Shown here: positions 20,109-30,948 of the stretch, in pieces
How the letters are laid out: each line of letters begins with the position of its first letter
Numbering within the stretch: position 1 is the first letter of the stretch
Assembly (NCBI GenBank): GCA_048268005.1
Contig: JBLWWJ010000003.1
Coordinates: 383,502 to 447,501, forward strand
Source of the DNA: Ancylomarina sp.
Lineage (GTDB): Bacteria > Bacteroidota > Bacteroidia > Bacteroidales > Marinifilaceae
Reading direction: 5' to 3'
DNA: 64,000 nt
Translations under genes and position numbers: made by a program
Notes under the pieces: model-generated
What the model saw: the letters and a program-made list of their open reading frames with translations, nothing else
The model's database searches: none
Told to the model about the DNA's origin: nothing

Positions 20109-22316
20109 CTAATTTCCAAGTTCTAACTGATTCTTAACCAATTCGTAATACCTACCTCTCAATTGAGTCAGGTCATTATGGCTGCCATGTTCAACAATTT
20201 GGCCTTTATCCAGGACAATAATTTTATCGGCATTGCGAACGGTGCTTAAACGATGGGCAACAACCACAACCGTACGTCCCTGATTGAATTCATCCAGATT
20301 CTCCATAATGGCTCTTTCGTTGTTGGCATCCAAAGCATTGGTGGCTTCATCGAAGAAAAGGAATTCTGGGTTCTTATAAACTGCTCTAGCGATTAAGATT
20401 CTTTGCTTTTGTCCCTGACTTAAACCATGACCATTAGCTCCAATTTTTGTATTATAACGCAAAGGTAAACTGTCAATAAACTCTTGTATACAGGCTACTT
20501 GTACAGCATAAAGCAGACGTTTCTTATCCACTATCTCATCACCAACGGCAATATTCTTAGCAATGGTATCAGAAAAGATAAAACCATCCTGCATCACAAC
20601 ACCACAGTTCTGACGCCACATGGCTGAGCTGTAATTTTGAATGGAAACCCCACCCAAATTGATCTTTCCCTTAGTTGCTGGATAGAAGCCCAGCATAAGT
20701 TTAATCAAGGTCGTTTTTCCGGAGCCAGAAGCACCAACAATAGCCGTAGTTTTACCTTTGGCAACATTCAAGTCAACTTCATTCAGCACCATCTCAGAAT
20801 GTGGGCCTTCGTATTGAAAACTTACTTTCTCAATATGAATGGATTTATCTTCAGGTAATTCAATTAACTTTTCATCTTTCTCAATCTCTTCATCATCCAT
20901 TTCATGAATCTCACCCAAACGCTCCAATGATATTTTAGCATCCTGCCAGGAGTGAATAAACTGCACCAAATTATCGATAGGCGAATTCAACTGACCGAGA
21001 ATATACTGAACGGCCAGCATCATACCCAAAGTCATACTCCCATTAACCACAGCTTGGGCAGCTAAAAATGTAATCACAATATTCTTGGTTTCATTGAAGA
21101 AGACCGATCCCGAAACCTGATACTGATTCAGAGCTAAACCTTTAGTTCTTACTTGAAACAATTCAGCCTGAATATTTTCCCACTCCCAACGCTTCTGCTT
21201 TTCACAATTATTGAGCTTAATTTCCTGCATCCCTGTAATCAGCTGCACAAGCGAATTCTGATTGCTTGAGAGCTGTGCAAATCGCTTACCATCCAATTCA
21301 CGGCGCTTTTTTAGGAAAAGATTAATCCAGAGAATATAAAGTGATGATCCCAAAAGAAAAACACCGAATATGGTCATATCATAAATTGCCAATACAACTC
21401 CGAATATCAGAAGATTAACCATAGAGAACAGAATGTTCAGGGTAGATGAAGTCAGGAAATTTTCGATACGCGTATGATCCTGTATGCGCTGTAAAAGATC
21501 ACCAATCATCTTGATGTCGAAGAAACCAATGGGCAGTTTCATCAACTTAATCAGGAAATCGGAAATCAGGGAAATATTAATACGAGTTGAAATATGCAAA
21601 AGAATCCAGGAGCGAATAAACTCAACGGATATACGCGAAATAAAAAGCACCATCTGTGCGATGAGTACCAGATAAATAAAACTCAAATTTTGAGTATTGA
21701 TACCCACATCAACCACCGATTGGGTGAGGAATGGAAATATAAGTTGTAGCATACTTCCGAAAAGCATGCCCAGGAATAATTGAAAAAGAAACTTTTTATA
21801 AGGCTTTAGGTAGCGCAAAAGAAAAGCGACACTCTTTTTCTTGCTATTACTCTCATCCTTCGCTTTATAAAAATCAGGTGTTGGTTCAAGAAGCAAACAG
21901 AGTCCCTTCAAGTCTCCATCTACCTTAGTCGACGCCCAGGATTTGACAAATTCCTCTTTTGTAAATTTCAACATTCCTGAAGCCGGATCAGCAACATGAA
22001 CGATGGTTTTATTCTTCTTTTTCTCAATTTTGTGAACCACCACAAAGTGAGCTTGATTCCAATGACAAATGGCCGGTAATGTCGCTTGCTCTGCCAGCTG
22101 CTCAAAGGTAATTCGCACCCCCATGCTCCGAAAACCAATGCTCTCAGCCGCATCAGCAATCCCCATCATCGACACACCTTCACGAGTGATATAAGATTTA
22201 TCACGTAAGGATTGCAAACTATAGGTTTTACCATAAAACTTCGATATCATGCGCAGGCAAGTTGGCCCGCAGTCCATGGCATCGAGTTGACGAAAATGGG
22301 GAAATTTCTTTTTCAT
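20109..22316 (-). CDS. Peptidase-C39-domain ABC transporter (double-glycine peptide cleavage/export)
   Basis: N-terminal C39 domain with catalytic Cys (QLDAMDCGPTCL) and His (NQAHFVVVH), a 6-TM domain, Walker A GASGSGKTT, signature LSQGQKQR and Walker B FLFFDEATNALD. Confidence 0.95.
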   Translation of the reverse strand: MKKKFPHFRQLDAMDCGPTCLRMISKFYGKTYSLQSLRDKSYITREGVSMMGIADAAESIGFRSMGVRITFEQLAEQATLPAICHWNQAHFVVVHKIEKKKNKTIVHVADPASGMLKFTKEEFVKSWASTKVDGDLKGLCLLLEPTPDFYKAKDESNSKKKSVAFLLRYLKPYKKFLFQLFLGMLFGSMLQLIFPFLTQSVVDVGINTQNLSFIYLVLIAQMVLFISRISVEFIRSWILLHISTRINISLISDFLIKLMKLPIGFFDIKMIGDLLQRIQDHTRIENFLTSSTLNILFSMVNLLIFGVVLAIYDMTIFGVFLLGSSLYILWINLFLKKRRELDGKRFAQLSSNQNSLVQLITGMQEIKLNNCEKQKRWEWENIQAELFQVRTKGLALNQYQVSGSVFFNETKNIVITFLAAQAVVNGSMTLGMMLAVQYILGQLNSPIDNLVQFIHSWQDAKISLERLGEIHEMDDEEIEKDEKLIELPEDKSIHIEKVSFQYEGPHSEMVLNEVDLNVAKGKTTAIVGASGSGKTTLIKLMLGFYPATKGKINLGGVSIQNYSSAMWRQNCGVVMQDGFIFSDTIAKNIAVGDEIVDKKRLLYAVQVACIQEFIDSLPLRYNTKIGANGHGLSQGQKQRILIARAVYKNPEFLFFDEATNALDANNERAIMENLDEFNQGRTVVVVAHRLSTVRNADKIIVLDKGQIVEHGSHNDLTQLRGRYYELVKNQLELGN

Positions 22317-22484
22317 AGATCAGGACCAGTCCTTTACAAACAAATCAGTTGATTATAAAAAACATGTGTTTAGTAAAGCTTAAAAATAAAGCTGAAAATT
22401 GAATTTTAAGCTATAATTTGTAAAGTATTTATGGTCAAGATCAAAATATAATAGATAAACAGATCAAACAAGCTGGTAGAATCA

Positions 22485-23087
22485 CTAATGCTTAATAAAA
22501 AGAGAATCCGGAAGAGGAGTGATACCTAGCTCCACTCTAGCCTTATTCGTTTTTTCTTTATCCTCCATATGAGGCATACCAAATTGAGAGCCATACAAAA
22601 CACGTTTGGAGTTTTTGGCCCAATAATATTTATCCAATATGGTTAATAAAGCTCCTTCCTTTAATTCGCCTTTCTTCACTAAATCTGCGAAGAAATGAAG
22701 ATGTTCTTTATTTTTAACAAGCATGTGGGGATTATGCAACATCACTGCAAAAAAAGCAGATTGCACACACTCTCTACTATAATTCTCTTTACCAAGTAAC
22801 TTTTCACTTGGCATACCATGTGTTTTAACAAACTCAAAAATCCGATCGTAATTCGACGAATCAACGCACTGTATCAAACGCATTTTATTTTCAAAGGCTT
22901 TTGAAGTTCTTATCCCCTGATCAAGGCCATAAATCTGTGCAAGCTCGAATGCCAAACTATCTTGCAAATTTATATTCTTAGGACTAGGATCTTTTGTTTG
23001 TGCCGTCGTACACATATGAAAGCCTAAGCTTGATATCACAATCATTATGAGTATTACACTCCATTTATTATTCATAAAATCCGTCAT
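22485..23087 (-). CDS. Hypothetical secreted protein (200 aa)
   Basis: ORF with an N-terminal hydrophobic signal-like segment. It overlaps the upstream gene by 20 nt. Confidence 0.55.
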   Translation of the reverse strand: MTDFMNNKWSVILIMIVISSLGFHMCTTAQTKDPSPKNINLQDSLAFELAQIYGLDQGIRTSKAFENKMRLIQCVDSSNYDRIFEFVKTHGMPSEKLLGKENYSRECVQSAFFAVMLHNPHMLVKNKEHLHFFADLVKKGELKEGALLTILDKYYWAKNSKRVLYGSQFGMPHMEDKEKTNKARVELGITPLPDSLFIKH

Positions 23088-24564
23088 TTAAATTCGCCAA
23101 CTCCCATACCGACATTAACATTAATTTGGTAACATTCTCAATGGTTTCGTAGTTCAGTTTGTCTTTAGTATCGGTAAACTGGTGTAGATCTTTGTGGATA
23201 CCATTATTAATTAAAACTGCGGGTATACCTTGCTTCAGAAAATTTACTTGATCGGAAGACTTGCTAAAAAACCGTTTGGCATCGGGGTAATTGTCTAGAA
23301 ATTCTAACTGTACAAAATGATGAACATGATTAATACTGTCCATCAAATGTTTGATGGGATTGGTTAAGGAATCAGGTCCTAAAGCATATATATAATTAGG
23401 AATACTATCATGATACTTATCCTGACGCCCAATCATATCCATGTTGATATTAGCTTTTAGTTTTTCGAGAGGTAGTATAGGGTTTTCTATATAGTGATTA
23501 GACCCCAACATACGTGACTCTTCCATACCGAAGGCAACAAACAAAATGCTTCGTTTGGGACGAATACCTTCTTTTTGTGCAGCCGCCAAAACTCTGGCTA
23601 TTTCGAGCATGGCACTTACACCAGAAGCATTATCGTTAGCTCCGGGGTACGTGCCATATTCATTTTTTCCCAAGTGATCGTAATGTGCCGATACAATAAT
23701 ATGTTCTTCATTGGTATCAGTGCCTTGTATATAACCCACTATATTCCCAGAATTAATATATTGTTTTTCTCTATGAATATTTAACGTGATTTCTTGGGGT
23801 AAATTGTAGTGAATAGAGTCTTTAATATGAGGGTATTTCGTTCTGTATCTGCTTAGTTTCGATTGCTTAATACCCAAAAGTTTTGCCCCTGCCTTTGGAG
23901 ACAGGTAAATTTTAGTAAATGTTTTTGTTTCAGGCTCCTTAGTGTAGTATGAAAGTACCTCCAACATATATAAAGTTATTTTTTGATTTGCTCTCGTTTT
24001 TTCAAATCGTTCTTGGTTAGGTTCGATTATTATGATACTGGTAGCTCCTTTATGTTGGGCAGTATTGAAGAAATTCCTATTTTGATTAAATGCAAGTATT
24101 GATTTCCCTTGCAAATCATTCCATTTCAATAAAGAATCTAGGCTATTAGGAGGATTCCCAGCAAATAAAATGCGGGTGTTTAGAGGCTGTCTAGTATTAT
24201 TAAAATCTTCTTGATAATCCCAAAGACTGTGAATAAAATCTTTTCCAATTCTCAATTTCTGTTCTCCATATTTAATATAGGAGGAATCGGAGTATTTTTG
24301 GTATTTAAAGAAGGTAAAATCTTGAATGTAATCGTTATTATTAATCGAATCTAAGCCTATAGTACTGTAATAATTTGAGAAATAACTCAATAATTTATCA
24401 TTAGCACTTATATGTCTCCCCTCAAAATATTCGCTTGTTAATGTGTCAACAATACCAATGATATTATCTTTTGATATCTCATTAAAATCAGGCTGATTGC
24501 TTTGTGCCTGACAGTAACTATAGCCAATTATAAAAGTAAGAAGTGAGATTGAAATGTATTTCAT
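23068..24564 (-). CDS. M28-family metallopeptidase (aminopeptidase)
   Basis: Signal peptide and zinc-ligand motifs SAHYDHLG, DNASGVSAMLEIARVL, FVAFGMEE. Confidence 0.85.
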   Translation of the reverse strand: MKYISISLLTFIIGYSYCQAQSNQPDFNEISKDNIIGIVDTLTSEYFEGRHISANDKLLSYFSNYYSTIGLDSINNNDYIQDFTFFKYQKYSDSSYIKYGEQKLRIGKDFIHSLWDYQEDFNNTRQPLNTRILFAGNPPNSLDSLLKWNDLQGKSILAFNQNRNFFNTAQHKGATSIIIIEPNQERFEKTRANQKITLYMLEVLSYYTKEPETKTFTKIYLSPKAGAKLLGIKQSKLSRYRTKYPHIKDSIHYNLPQEITLNIHREKQYINSGNIVGYIQGTDTNEEHIIVSAHYDHLGKNEYGTYPGANDNASGVSAMLEIARVLAAAQKEGIRPKRSILFVAFGMEESRMLGSNHYIENPILPLEKLKANINMDMIGRQDKYHDSIPNYIYALGPDSLTNPIKHLMDSINHVHHFVQLEFLDNYPDAKRFFSKSSDQVNFLKQGIPAVLINNGIHKDLHQFTDTKDKLNYETIENVTKLMLMSVWELANLNDGFYE

Positions 24565-24943
24565 AAAAAAAGTTTAAGTTCGACGTGAAAAAAATCTGGG
24601 TTTGCCTAAACAGAATAATTCATTATTTATTAACAAATAACTTGCGAATTACAAACATATAAATATTTATATGCCACAGAGAATAAATGCTAGGTGTAAA
24701 AGCATTTATAATCTCCACATCTATTATTTATATCGTAAAAAAGAAAATTGCCAGAAATACACACACACAGCTTAATAAAAAACGATACTCCACGTAAAAC
24801 AAACAAGACAATAGTAAAATATATATCACCCCTCAATTTTAATTTATATTAAATACAAACCGCACCTTACGATAATGTTTTTAAATAATGTTGATAAATA
24901 TCATATTTAATTAACCTGAATTGCTTCGAGAAACCTTAAGCCA

Positions 24944-24980
24944 TAAAAAAACGGACTAAGCGTAGATCTTAGTCCGTTTT
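24944..24980 (-). terminator. Intrinsic terminator after the TPR gene
   Basis: aaacggactaag-cgtagat-cttagtccgttt hairpin, followed by a U-run on the minus strand. Confidence 0.8.
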
Positions 24981-25019
24981 AATAAATTCAACGTTGAATG
25001 TTTTAATTTCAAAGCGTAT

Positions 25020-26291
25020 TTACTGCTCCATAAAAATATCTTCTTTAAGCTTATCAATTCTCGATTTTGAAAAGTCACGAATAGAAGCCGTCAATAAATC
25101 AAGGCCTTTCTTCTCATCAATACCATCAAACACTTGCTGGTAATATTTTAGAGCTTCTTTCTTGTTATTCAGAGCATCGTATTGTTCCGCTATTAAGTAG
25201 AGGTAGAATTTCTTTTTAGGATTGAGTTTATGGGCTGTTAAATAATTATCCAAAGCTTCCTGATGCTGGTTTTTATCTGCGTAAATAACGCCCCTCTCCT
25301 TATGAATAATCGAAAGAATAGAAGAGTCCGGCTGCATCAAATTTAATGATTCATCAAACAATTCCAAGCCTTTGTCTGGATTAAGCAGGTGCGTCTCTGC
25401 CATGGCCAAATAAAAGACAACCTTCACATCGGTACTATCTACCTGATAGGATTTTTTTAAAAGTTTTTGAGCCCTATCCGATTTCTTAAACTTTTGAAAA
25501 AGAATGCCAGCATTACGCATGGTATTTAAAGTCGAATCTCCCAAACTTAGGGCTTTACTATAGTGTTTAAGGGCTTCAATTTCTTTATCCAGTCTTATAT
25601 AGGCCGATGCAGCAATTTGAATAAAACGAATATTGGTTGAATCTTTCTCTAAGACCATTTCGCACACATCCAGGGCCGCATCAGGATCAATTTTTAAATA
25701 AACCCGAGCTAACTTACTACTGGTTTCGTAATCTAAAGGATTCAGATCCATTGCCTTTTCATAGAACTCTATTGCATTCTCGTACTCCCCCAATTGCTTA
25801 AAATTGTCTCCTAAATGTATCCAATAAAATATTTGAGATGGGTCGTTATTTATTCCACGATGAAGCAGGTTAATGGCCGCCACACGCTCCTTAGAGAACT
25901 CATGAATTAAAACACGTTGCTCAAACGTCCTGAAATCAGGCCTCTGTTCTTTAAGCAAGACATCTAATTCAGTTTTAGCCTGAAGATACATGCCCTGAGA
26001 AAAATAGAGGTTTGCCAATTCACTTCTAATCTCAAATTTGTTATCACACGATTTAAAAGCAGCTTTCAAAACCTCTATGGCTTCAGCATTTTTACCTTGT
26101 TCCAATAAGGCATACTGTTTCCAGTAATAGGCTTGATAATTACTTTTATTGGCTCGGATTTTTAAGTTCGAGGTCGTGATTAGTTTATTCCAATCTTTTT
26201 TTTGCCAAAGCTGAAGCAATTCAGTATTCTGAGCACGTAATGTGACTTGAAGGCAAAATAGGATGATTAATAAGTTTAGGATCTTCTTCAT
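25020..26291 (-). CDS. Secreted tetratricopeptide-repeat protein
   Basis: Signal peptide and multiple TPR-like A/Y/L-patterned 34-aa repeats. Confidence 0.8.
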   Translation of the reverse strand: MKKILNLLIILFCLQVTLRAQNTELLQLWQKKDWNKLITTSNLKIRANKSNYQAYYWKQYALLEQGKNAEAIEVLKAAFKSCDNKFEIRSELANLYFSQGMYLQAKTELDVLLKEQRPDFRTFEQRVLIHEFSKERVAAINLLHRGINNDPSQIFYWIHLGDNFKQLGEYENAIEFYEKAMDLNPLDYETSSKLARVYLKIDPDAALDVCEMVLEKDSTNIRFIQIAASAYIRLDKEIEALKHYSKALSLGDSTLNTMRNAGILFQKFKKSDRAQKLLKKSYQVDSTDVKVVFYLAMAETHLLNPDKGLELFDESLNLMQPDSSILSIIHKERGVIYADKNQHQEALDNYLTAHKLNPKKKFYLYLIAEQYDALNNKKEALKYYQQVFDGIDEKKGLDLLTASIRDFSKSRIDKLKEDIFMEQ

Positions 26292-26532
26292 GATAATTAA
26301 TTGGGCTATTAGTATTGGGTTAACAAAATCAAATCTACTATTTTTGTAGTAGATTGTGGTTTCCTGATAACATTTTTTAACATAGTTTCCCCTTAATAAA
26401 ATCCCACAGGTTTATTAATGAGATGTAAATAAACCTGTCAGGATAAAAAAAAGCACCATCCGAATAAACGAACAGTGCTTAGGTATATCCTAATCAGATT
26501 GAGCTATTCAATCTGAAATTTATAATCATAAA

Positions 26533-27243
26533 TTAATAAACGCCTCCTACTTTTTTAAGTGATCGAACATCAACAATCTTAATCTTTCGTCCTTTAATCT
26601 CGATCAGCCCATCATTCTTAAACTCTGATAATAGACGAATGACCGATTCTGTCGCCGTGCCAACCATATTAGCCAGCTCTTCGCGAGTTAGCGAAATTTG
26701 AAGTGTATTATCCGGAGCAAGTCCAAAGGTCTCCATCAACTGCATTAAGACCTCCGCTAAGCGCTCTCTAACCGATTTCTGAGCAATATCAGTAATATAA
26801 CTATTGGCTTGTCCCAGCTCCTTACAAGTCATCTTAATTAACTCCATCGAGAATGCCGGATTCTCTTGTATTAATCGGGTTAATGTATCGCTGGGAATAA
26901 AACAAACCAAAGCATCCTCAATTACTTTTGACGATGTACAAGCCGGTTCATGACTAAGAGCTGAGCGAAATCCTATAATATCGCCCGATTTAGCAAATCG
27001 GATAATTTGTTCTTTACCTTCGAGGCCTGTTTTAAATACTTTTAATACGCCAGAATAGACGAAATAACAACCACGAGCAGAATCACCCTCTGCATAAATT
27101 ACATTACCTCTTTTCAACAATTCGCATTCCTCTTCCCAAAAAAGAAGATTCATCTGATCGCTATTTAAATGTTTAAAGTTTTTTGAAAAACATTCGGCTA
27201 ATTGATCACAATTTGGAAAAGCTTGATTTTGACTCATTTTCAA
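26533..27243 (-). CDS. Crp/Fnr-family transcriptional regulator
   Basis: cNMP-binding beta-roll (GDSARGCYFVYSGVLKV...) and C-terminal HTH (REELANMVGTATESVIRLLSEF). Confidence 0.9.
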   Translation of the reverse strand: MKMSQNQAFPNCDQLAECFSKNFKHLNSDQMNLLFWEEECELLKRGNVIYAEGDSARGCYFVYSGVLKVFKTGLEGKEQIIRFAKSGDIIGFRSALSHEPACTSSKVIEDALVCFIPSDTLTRLIQENPAFSMELIKMTCKELGQANSYITDIAQKSVRERLAEVLMQLMETFGLAPDNTLQISLTREELANMVGTATESVIRLLSEFKNDGLIEIKGRKIKIVDVRSLKKVGGVY

Positions 27244-27410
27244 AGCTATTAAAATCTAAAGAACTAAATTTTCAACACACTCAAAAAAGCCCATTATACA
27301 AACTGATTGCGGATATGAAAGATCATTTAAGAATGGAATTTCGTTTCCTAAATGGGCAGATAAATATAGCAATTTAAGTTTGAGAAAAACAAGGACATAA
27401 ACTTTACTTA

Positions 27411-27446
27411 AAAAAAAATCCCGAAAGCTCATAAAGCTCTCGGGAT
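27411..27446 (-). terminator. Intrinsic terminator after pheS
   Basis: atcccgaaagc/gctctcgggat hairpin plus an 8-nt U-run on the minus strand. Confidence 0.8.
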
Positions 27447-27470
27447 CTATATTTTACGATTATGTCTAAT

Positions 27471-28496
27471 CTAAAATCCTGCTGCAGTAAATTGCTCAAG
27501 GAAACGAATATCGTTTTCAAAGAACAAACGAAGGTCCTTAATACCATATTTCAGCATGGTAATACGTTCAATCCCCATACCTAAAGCAAAACCTGTATAT
27601 TTTTTACTGTCAATATTGTTAAGATCAAGGACATTTGGGTCAACCATACCGCAACCCAAAATCTCTAACCAGCCAGTACCTTTACATACATTACAACCAT
27701 CACCGCCACAAAGTGAACACGTTACATCAACCTCAGCTGATGGTTCTGTAAATGGGAAATATGAAGGACGTAGACGAATTTCAGTTTTCTCACCAAAGAA
27801 TTCTTTAGCGAAATAGCTAAGTGTTTGCTTCAAATCGGCAAAAGAAACATTCTCATCGATATATAAACACTCAATTTGGTGGAAAATACAATGTGCTCTT
27901 GCAGAAATAGCTTCATTACGAAATACTCGACCTGGAGTCAAACAACGAATTGGCAATTCCATTTCTGCCATATCATGAGCCTGTACCGATGATGTATGCG
28001 TACGCAATAGGATATCTGGATTCTTCTCAATAAAGAAAGTATCCTGCATATCACGTGCCGGGTGCTCCTCTGGGAAGTTCAAGGCCGAGAAGTTATGCCA
28101 ATCATCCTCAATTTCTGGTCCTTCAGAAATAGTAAACCCTAAACGAGCAAAAATGTCGATAATTTCATTCTTAACTAATGACAATGGGTGGCGAGAACCT
28201 AATTTTACAGAATCCGCAGGAAGACTTAAGTCCAAACCAGACTTATCAAAATCAGAATTCGTAAAACTATCTTTCAGTTCATTTACTTTATCAAGTGCAG
28301 TGGTTTTCAACTGATTTAAAAGTTGTCCCACAGCCTTTTTTTCTTCATTTGGCACATTCTTAAAATCGCCAAAAAGAGCAGCAATTGTCCCTTTTTTACT
28401 TAGATGTTTAATTCTGAATTGCTCTACCTCGTCGAGATTAGTCGCTGTAAAAGCTCTTAATTCCTCTAATAATTCATTTATCTTACCTACCATCAT
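27471..28496 (-). CDS. pheS: Phenylalanine--tRNA ligase alpha subunit
   Basis: Class II aaRS motifs (RVFRNEAISARAHCIFHQIE, GFALGMGIERITMLKYGI) and typical length. Confidence 0.97.
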   Translation of the reverse strand: MMVGKINELLEELRAFTATNLDEVEQFRIKHLSKKGTIAALFGDFKNVPNEEKKAVGQLLNQLKTTALDKVNELKDSFTNSDFDKSGLDLSLPADSVKLGSRHPLSLVKNEIIDIFARLGFTISEGPEIEDDWHNFSALNFPEEHPARDMQDTFFIEKNPDILLRTHTSSVQAHDMAEMELPIRCLTPGRVFRNEAISARAHCIFHQIECLYIDENVSFADLKQTLSYFAKEFFGEKTEIRLRPSYFPFTEPSAEVDVTCSLCGGDGCNVCKGTGWLEILGCGMVDPNVLDLNNIDSKKYTGFALGMGIERITMLKYGIKDLRLFFENDIRFLEQFTAAGF

Positions 28497-28674
28497 TGTA
28501 TTGTTTAGTCAACTAAATAGGGCGGCGAAGTTACAAAAGATTGTTGAATATTAATACAGTGCAATTAGAAGTCTCTACGCATAGAGTTCGAAAAATAACT
28601 GATCTGATAATTTCAATCACGACCAATGCATTTATCAGATAAATTTTCAAGGATTTTATAAAACTCTTAAAACC

Positions 28675-29514
28675 TTAATATTTTAAGATTCGGACCTTCA
28701 TTTTCACATCTTCATAAGGCCTATCGTGTTTATCCGTTTTTAAATTTGCAATCTTATCCATCACTTCAAAACCGGAGATGACTTCACCAAAAACAGTATA
28801 ATTCTTGTCAAGATGTGGAACACCACCAAGAGTCGTTAACACCTTTTTTTGTTCATCAGTGAAGATGAGCTTCTCGTTGGAACTCTCATAATCAAAACTA
28901 ATATTCGATTTAATCTTATTCGCGATCTCACTGAATTCCTTAACTTTTTTAAGTTTTTTCAATGAATCAAGTATCTGTCTCTTTTTAGGTGTAAGATACC
29001 GCTTAACGATTCGTTTTCTTAAAGGAATATTCACAGCTTTTTCCATCGCCGTTAATTCCTCAATCGTGTAGACTCTACCGTGTGCAATATAAAATTGAGA
29101 AATGTCTGATTCTTTAAAAACATTGACCTTGTCGGGCTGACGAGCGGCGGCCAAAGCTCCCTTTTTATGGAAATAGTGCGGGCGAAATTCAGATTCAATC
29201 GTTCTGTTGGAACTACCATAACCAATCTGTCTGCCAGGAGATGCGTTTCTCGAGTCCTGAGAACCTCCCTGCAACACAAATCCCTTTATCACCCTATAAA
29301 ATAGAGTTCCATCGAAATGTTTATTTTCGATTAGCTGCAAAAAGTTCTTACGATGCTTAGGTGTATCCTTATAGAGCATCAACTTTATATTACCCAAATT
29401 GGTTTCAATCAATACGATTGAATTGGTAAGCTTATCCTGAGCCATTAATTCTCCTTTGCTACATAAAATGAGCAACAGAAAAGCAAACGATAATATCTTT
29501 TTAATCTGATTCAT
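28675..29514 (-). CDS. Cyclophilin-type peptidyl-prolyl cis-trans isomerase (secreted, with helical insertion)
   Basis: FYRVIKGFVLQGG, SQFYIAHG and YTVFGEVISG motifs. The ORF track start is 29535; the signal-peptide-consistent start MNQIKKILSF is at 29514. Confidence 0.9.
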   Translation of the reverse strand: MNQIKKILSFAFLLLILCSKGELMAQDKLTNSIVLIETNLGNIKLMLYKDTPKHRKNFLQLIENKHFDGTLFYRVIKGFVLQGGSQDSRNASPGRQIGYGSSNRTIESEFRPHYFHKKGALAAARQPDKVNVFKESDISQFYIAHGRVYTIEELTAMEKAVNIPLRKRIVKRYLTPKKRQILDSLKKLKKVKEFSEIANKIKSNISFDYESSNEKLIFTDEQKKVLTTLGGVPHLDKNYTVFGEVISGFEVMDKIANLKTDKHDRPYEDVKMKVRILKY

Positions 29515-29538
29515 GGCGAAAATTAACTTTGTCAATCC

Positions 29539-29576
29539 AAAAAAACAAAAAAAGCTCCGAATGTTCGAAGCTTTTT
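29539..29576 (-). terminator. Intrinsic terminator after the upstream cyclophilin gene
   Basis: agctccgaa/ttcgaagct hairpin flanked by A/T runs. Confidence 0.7.
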
Positions 29577-29600
29577 CTTAAAATATAGAATGATTTCCTT

Positions 29601-30422
29601 CTATTGAATAATCGTGATTTTCATTTTCATATCCTTTAGGGGACGGTCATTATCATCCGTATTCTCAGCAGCAATCTTATCAATAATATCAAGTCCTTCA
29701 ATCACCTCTCCAAAAACAGTATAGGCCTGATCTAAATGAGGAATACCACCAATAGTTGAATACGCTTCCTTCATTGAATCAGTTAAAACTAAAGTCTGAG
29801 ATACAGAAATTGAATCAATTTTTTGTTTCATCTCCTCCATCTTAGAGTTGAATTTATCAAACTCACCATCTTTCTGTAATTTAGTCAGCTCCTCCTTATA
29901 TTGTGCTCTTTGATGCTCAAAAATTGCGTTTGTTCGTTTCTTATTGATATTAACAACTAAAGCCTCTAAAGCTTCCGGCTCATAAACTTTTCCTTGAGCG
30001 ATATAGAACTGAGATCCCGAGGATTCTCTTTTTGGATTAACCTGATCACCTTCACGTGCCGCAGCAATCACGCCTTTTTTATGGAAAAGATTGGGATGAA
30101 ATTCGGCCGGTATATCATAACCGGGTCCACCTTCACCTAACATCACACCAGGCTTCGCTCCCTTAGAATCAGGATCACCACCTTGTATCATAAAGCCATC
30201 AATGACACGATGAAAAAGAGTTCCATCGAAAAAACCACCATGAGCCAACTTGATGAAATTATCGCGATGCCCTGGTGTTTCATCATACAGTTTGATTTTA
30301 ACTGCACCGTATTCCGTATCGATCTGAACAATGCGATTTTTTTTACCAAGCTTGACAGGCGTCTTACAAGAATAAGCTCCAGCCAAAAGAATAATTAAAC
30401 TAAAAGTGATGAGTTTGTTCAT
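29601..30422 (-). CDS. Cyclophilin-type peptidyl-prolyl cis-trans isomerase lipoprotein
   Basis: FHRVIDGFMIQGGDP, SQFYIAQG and YTVFGEVIEG motifs. I prefer the start MNKLITFSLIILLAGAYSC (lipobox) at 30422, which removes the overlap with the upstream ORF. Confidence 0.9.
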   Translation of the reverse strand: MNKLITFSLIILLAGAYSCKTPVKLGKKNRIVQIDTEYGAVKIKLYDETPGHRDNFIKLAHGGFFDGTLFHRVIDGFMIQGGDPDSKGAKPGVMLGEGGPGYDIPAEFHPNLFHKKGVIAAAREGDQVNPKRESSGSQFYIAQGKVYEPEALEALVVNINKKRTNAIFEHQRAQYKEELTKLQKDGEFDKFNSKMEEMKQKIDSISVSQTLVLTDSMKEAYSTIGGIPHLDQAYTVFGEVIEGLDIIDKIAAENTDDNDRPLKDMKMKITIIQ

Positions 30423-30444
30423 TGTTTCGTAATTATAGATTGAT

Positions 30445-30807
30445 TTATTGAGAAATTTGAGCATCAAGATAAGCGTTCTCTTTGAAGTATTCGACAATAG
30501 ATGACTTCAAAAGTAATTCTTCTTTATCCTTTGAAAAAGGAGGTATCATTTTATTTTTTTTGAAGATTGGCCACTTATCTTCATCATATCCTTCTATCGA
30601 ATAGTAATTCCATTTCATCAATAATCGACATGTTGCAAGATTAATCAAAGCCATTTTATCATCTTTCGAATAATTTTCTTTGAAGCCTTCTTCACGTTCC
30701 TGGATGCCAATTAGCAACAATGTGCCATTTAAATCAGCATCCACATTAAAATCTTCAGAAATTTTATATAAAAGTTTATTCCAGTCACTTTCTAAATTAT
30801 TGTCCAT
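30445..30807 (-). CDS. Hypothetical protein (120 aa)
   Basis: ORF only. It is co-directional with the cyclophilin genes. Confidence 0.5.
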   Translation of the reverse strand: MDNNLESDWNKLLYKISEDFNVDADLNGTLLLIGIQEREEGFKENYSKDDKMALINLATCRLLMKWNYYSIEGYDEDKWPIFKKNKMIPPFSKDKEELLLKSSIVEYFKENAYLDAQISQ

Positions 30808-30899
30808 GTAATCAATTTTTTATGAGTCCTAAAAGTAGAGATTTTCACCAAAAACAAAGGGCTACGAGCATCTTTTTTTATTTTTTTTTCGAATAAGGC

Positions 30900-30930
30900 T
30901 TGCGTATAAAATAATTCCCTCCTATATTTG
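30900..30930 (+). promoter_or_regulatory. Bacteroidota-type promoter for the tRNA-Val pair
   Basis: TTG (30900-30902), a 20-nt spacer, then TATATTTG (30923-30930), which matches the TAnnTTTG -7 element. It lies 19 nt upstream of the first tRNA. Confidence 0.45.
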
Positions 30931-30948
30931 CATCGCAATTAAGGGAAA

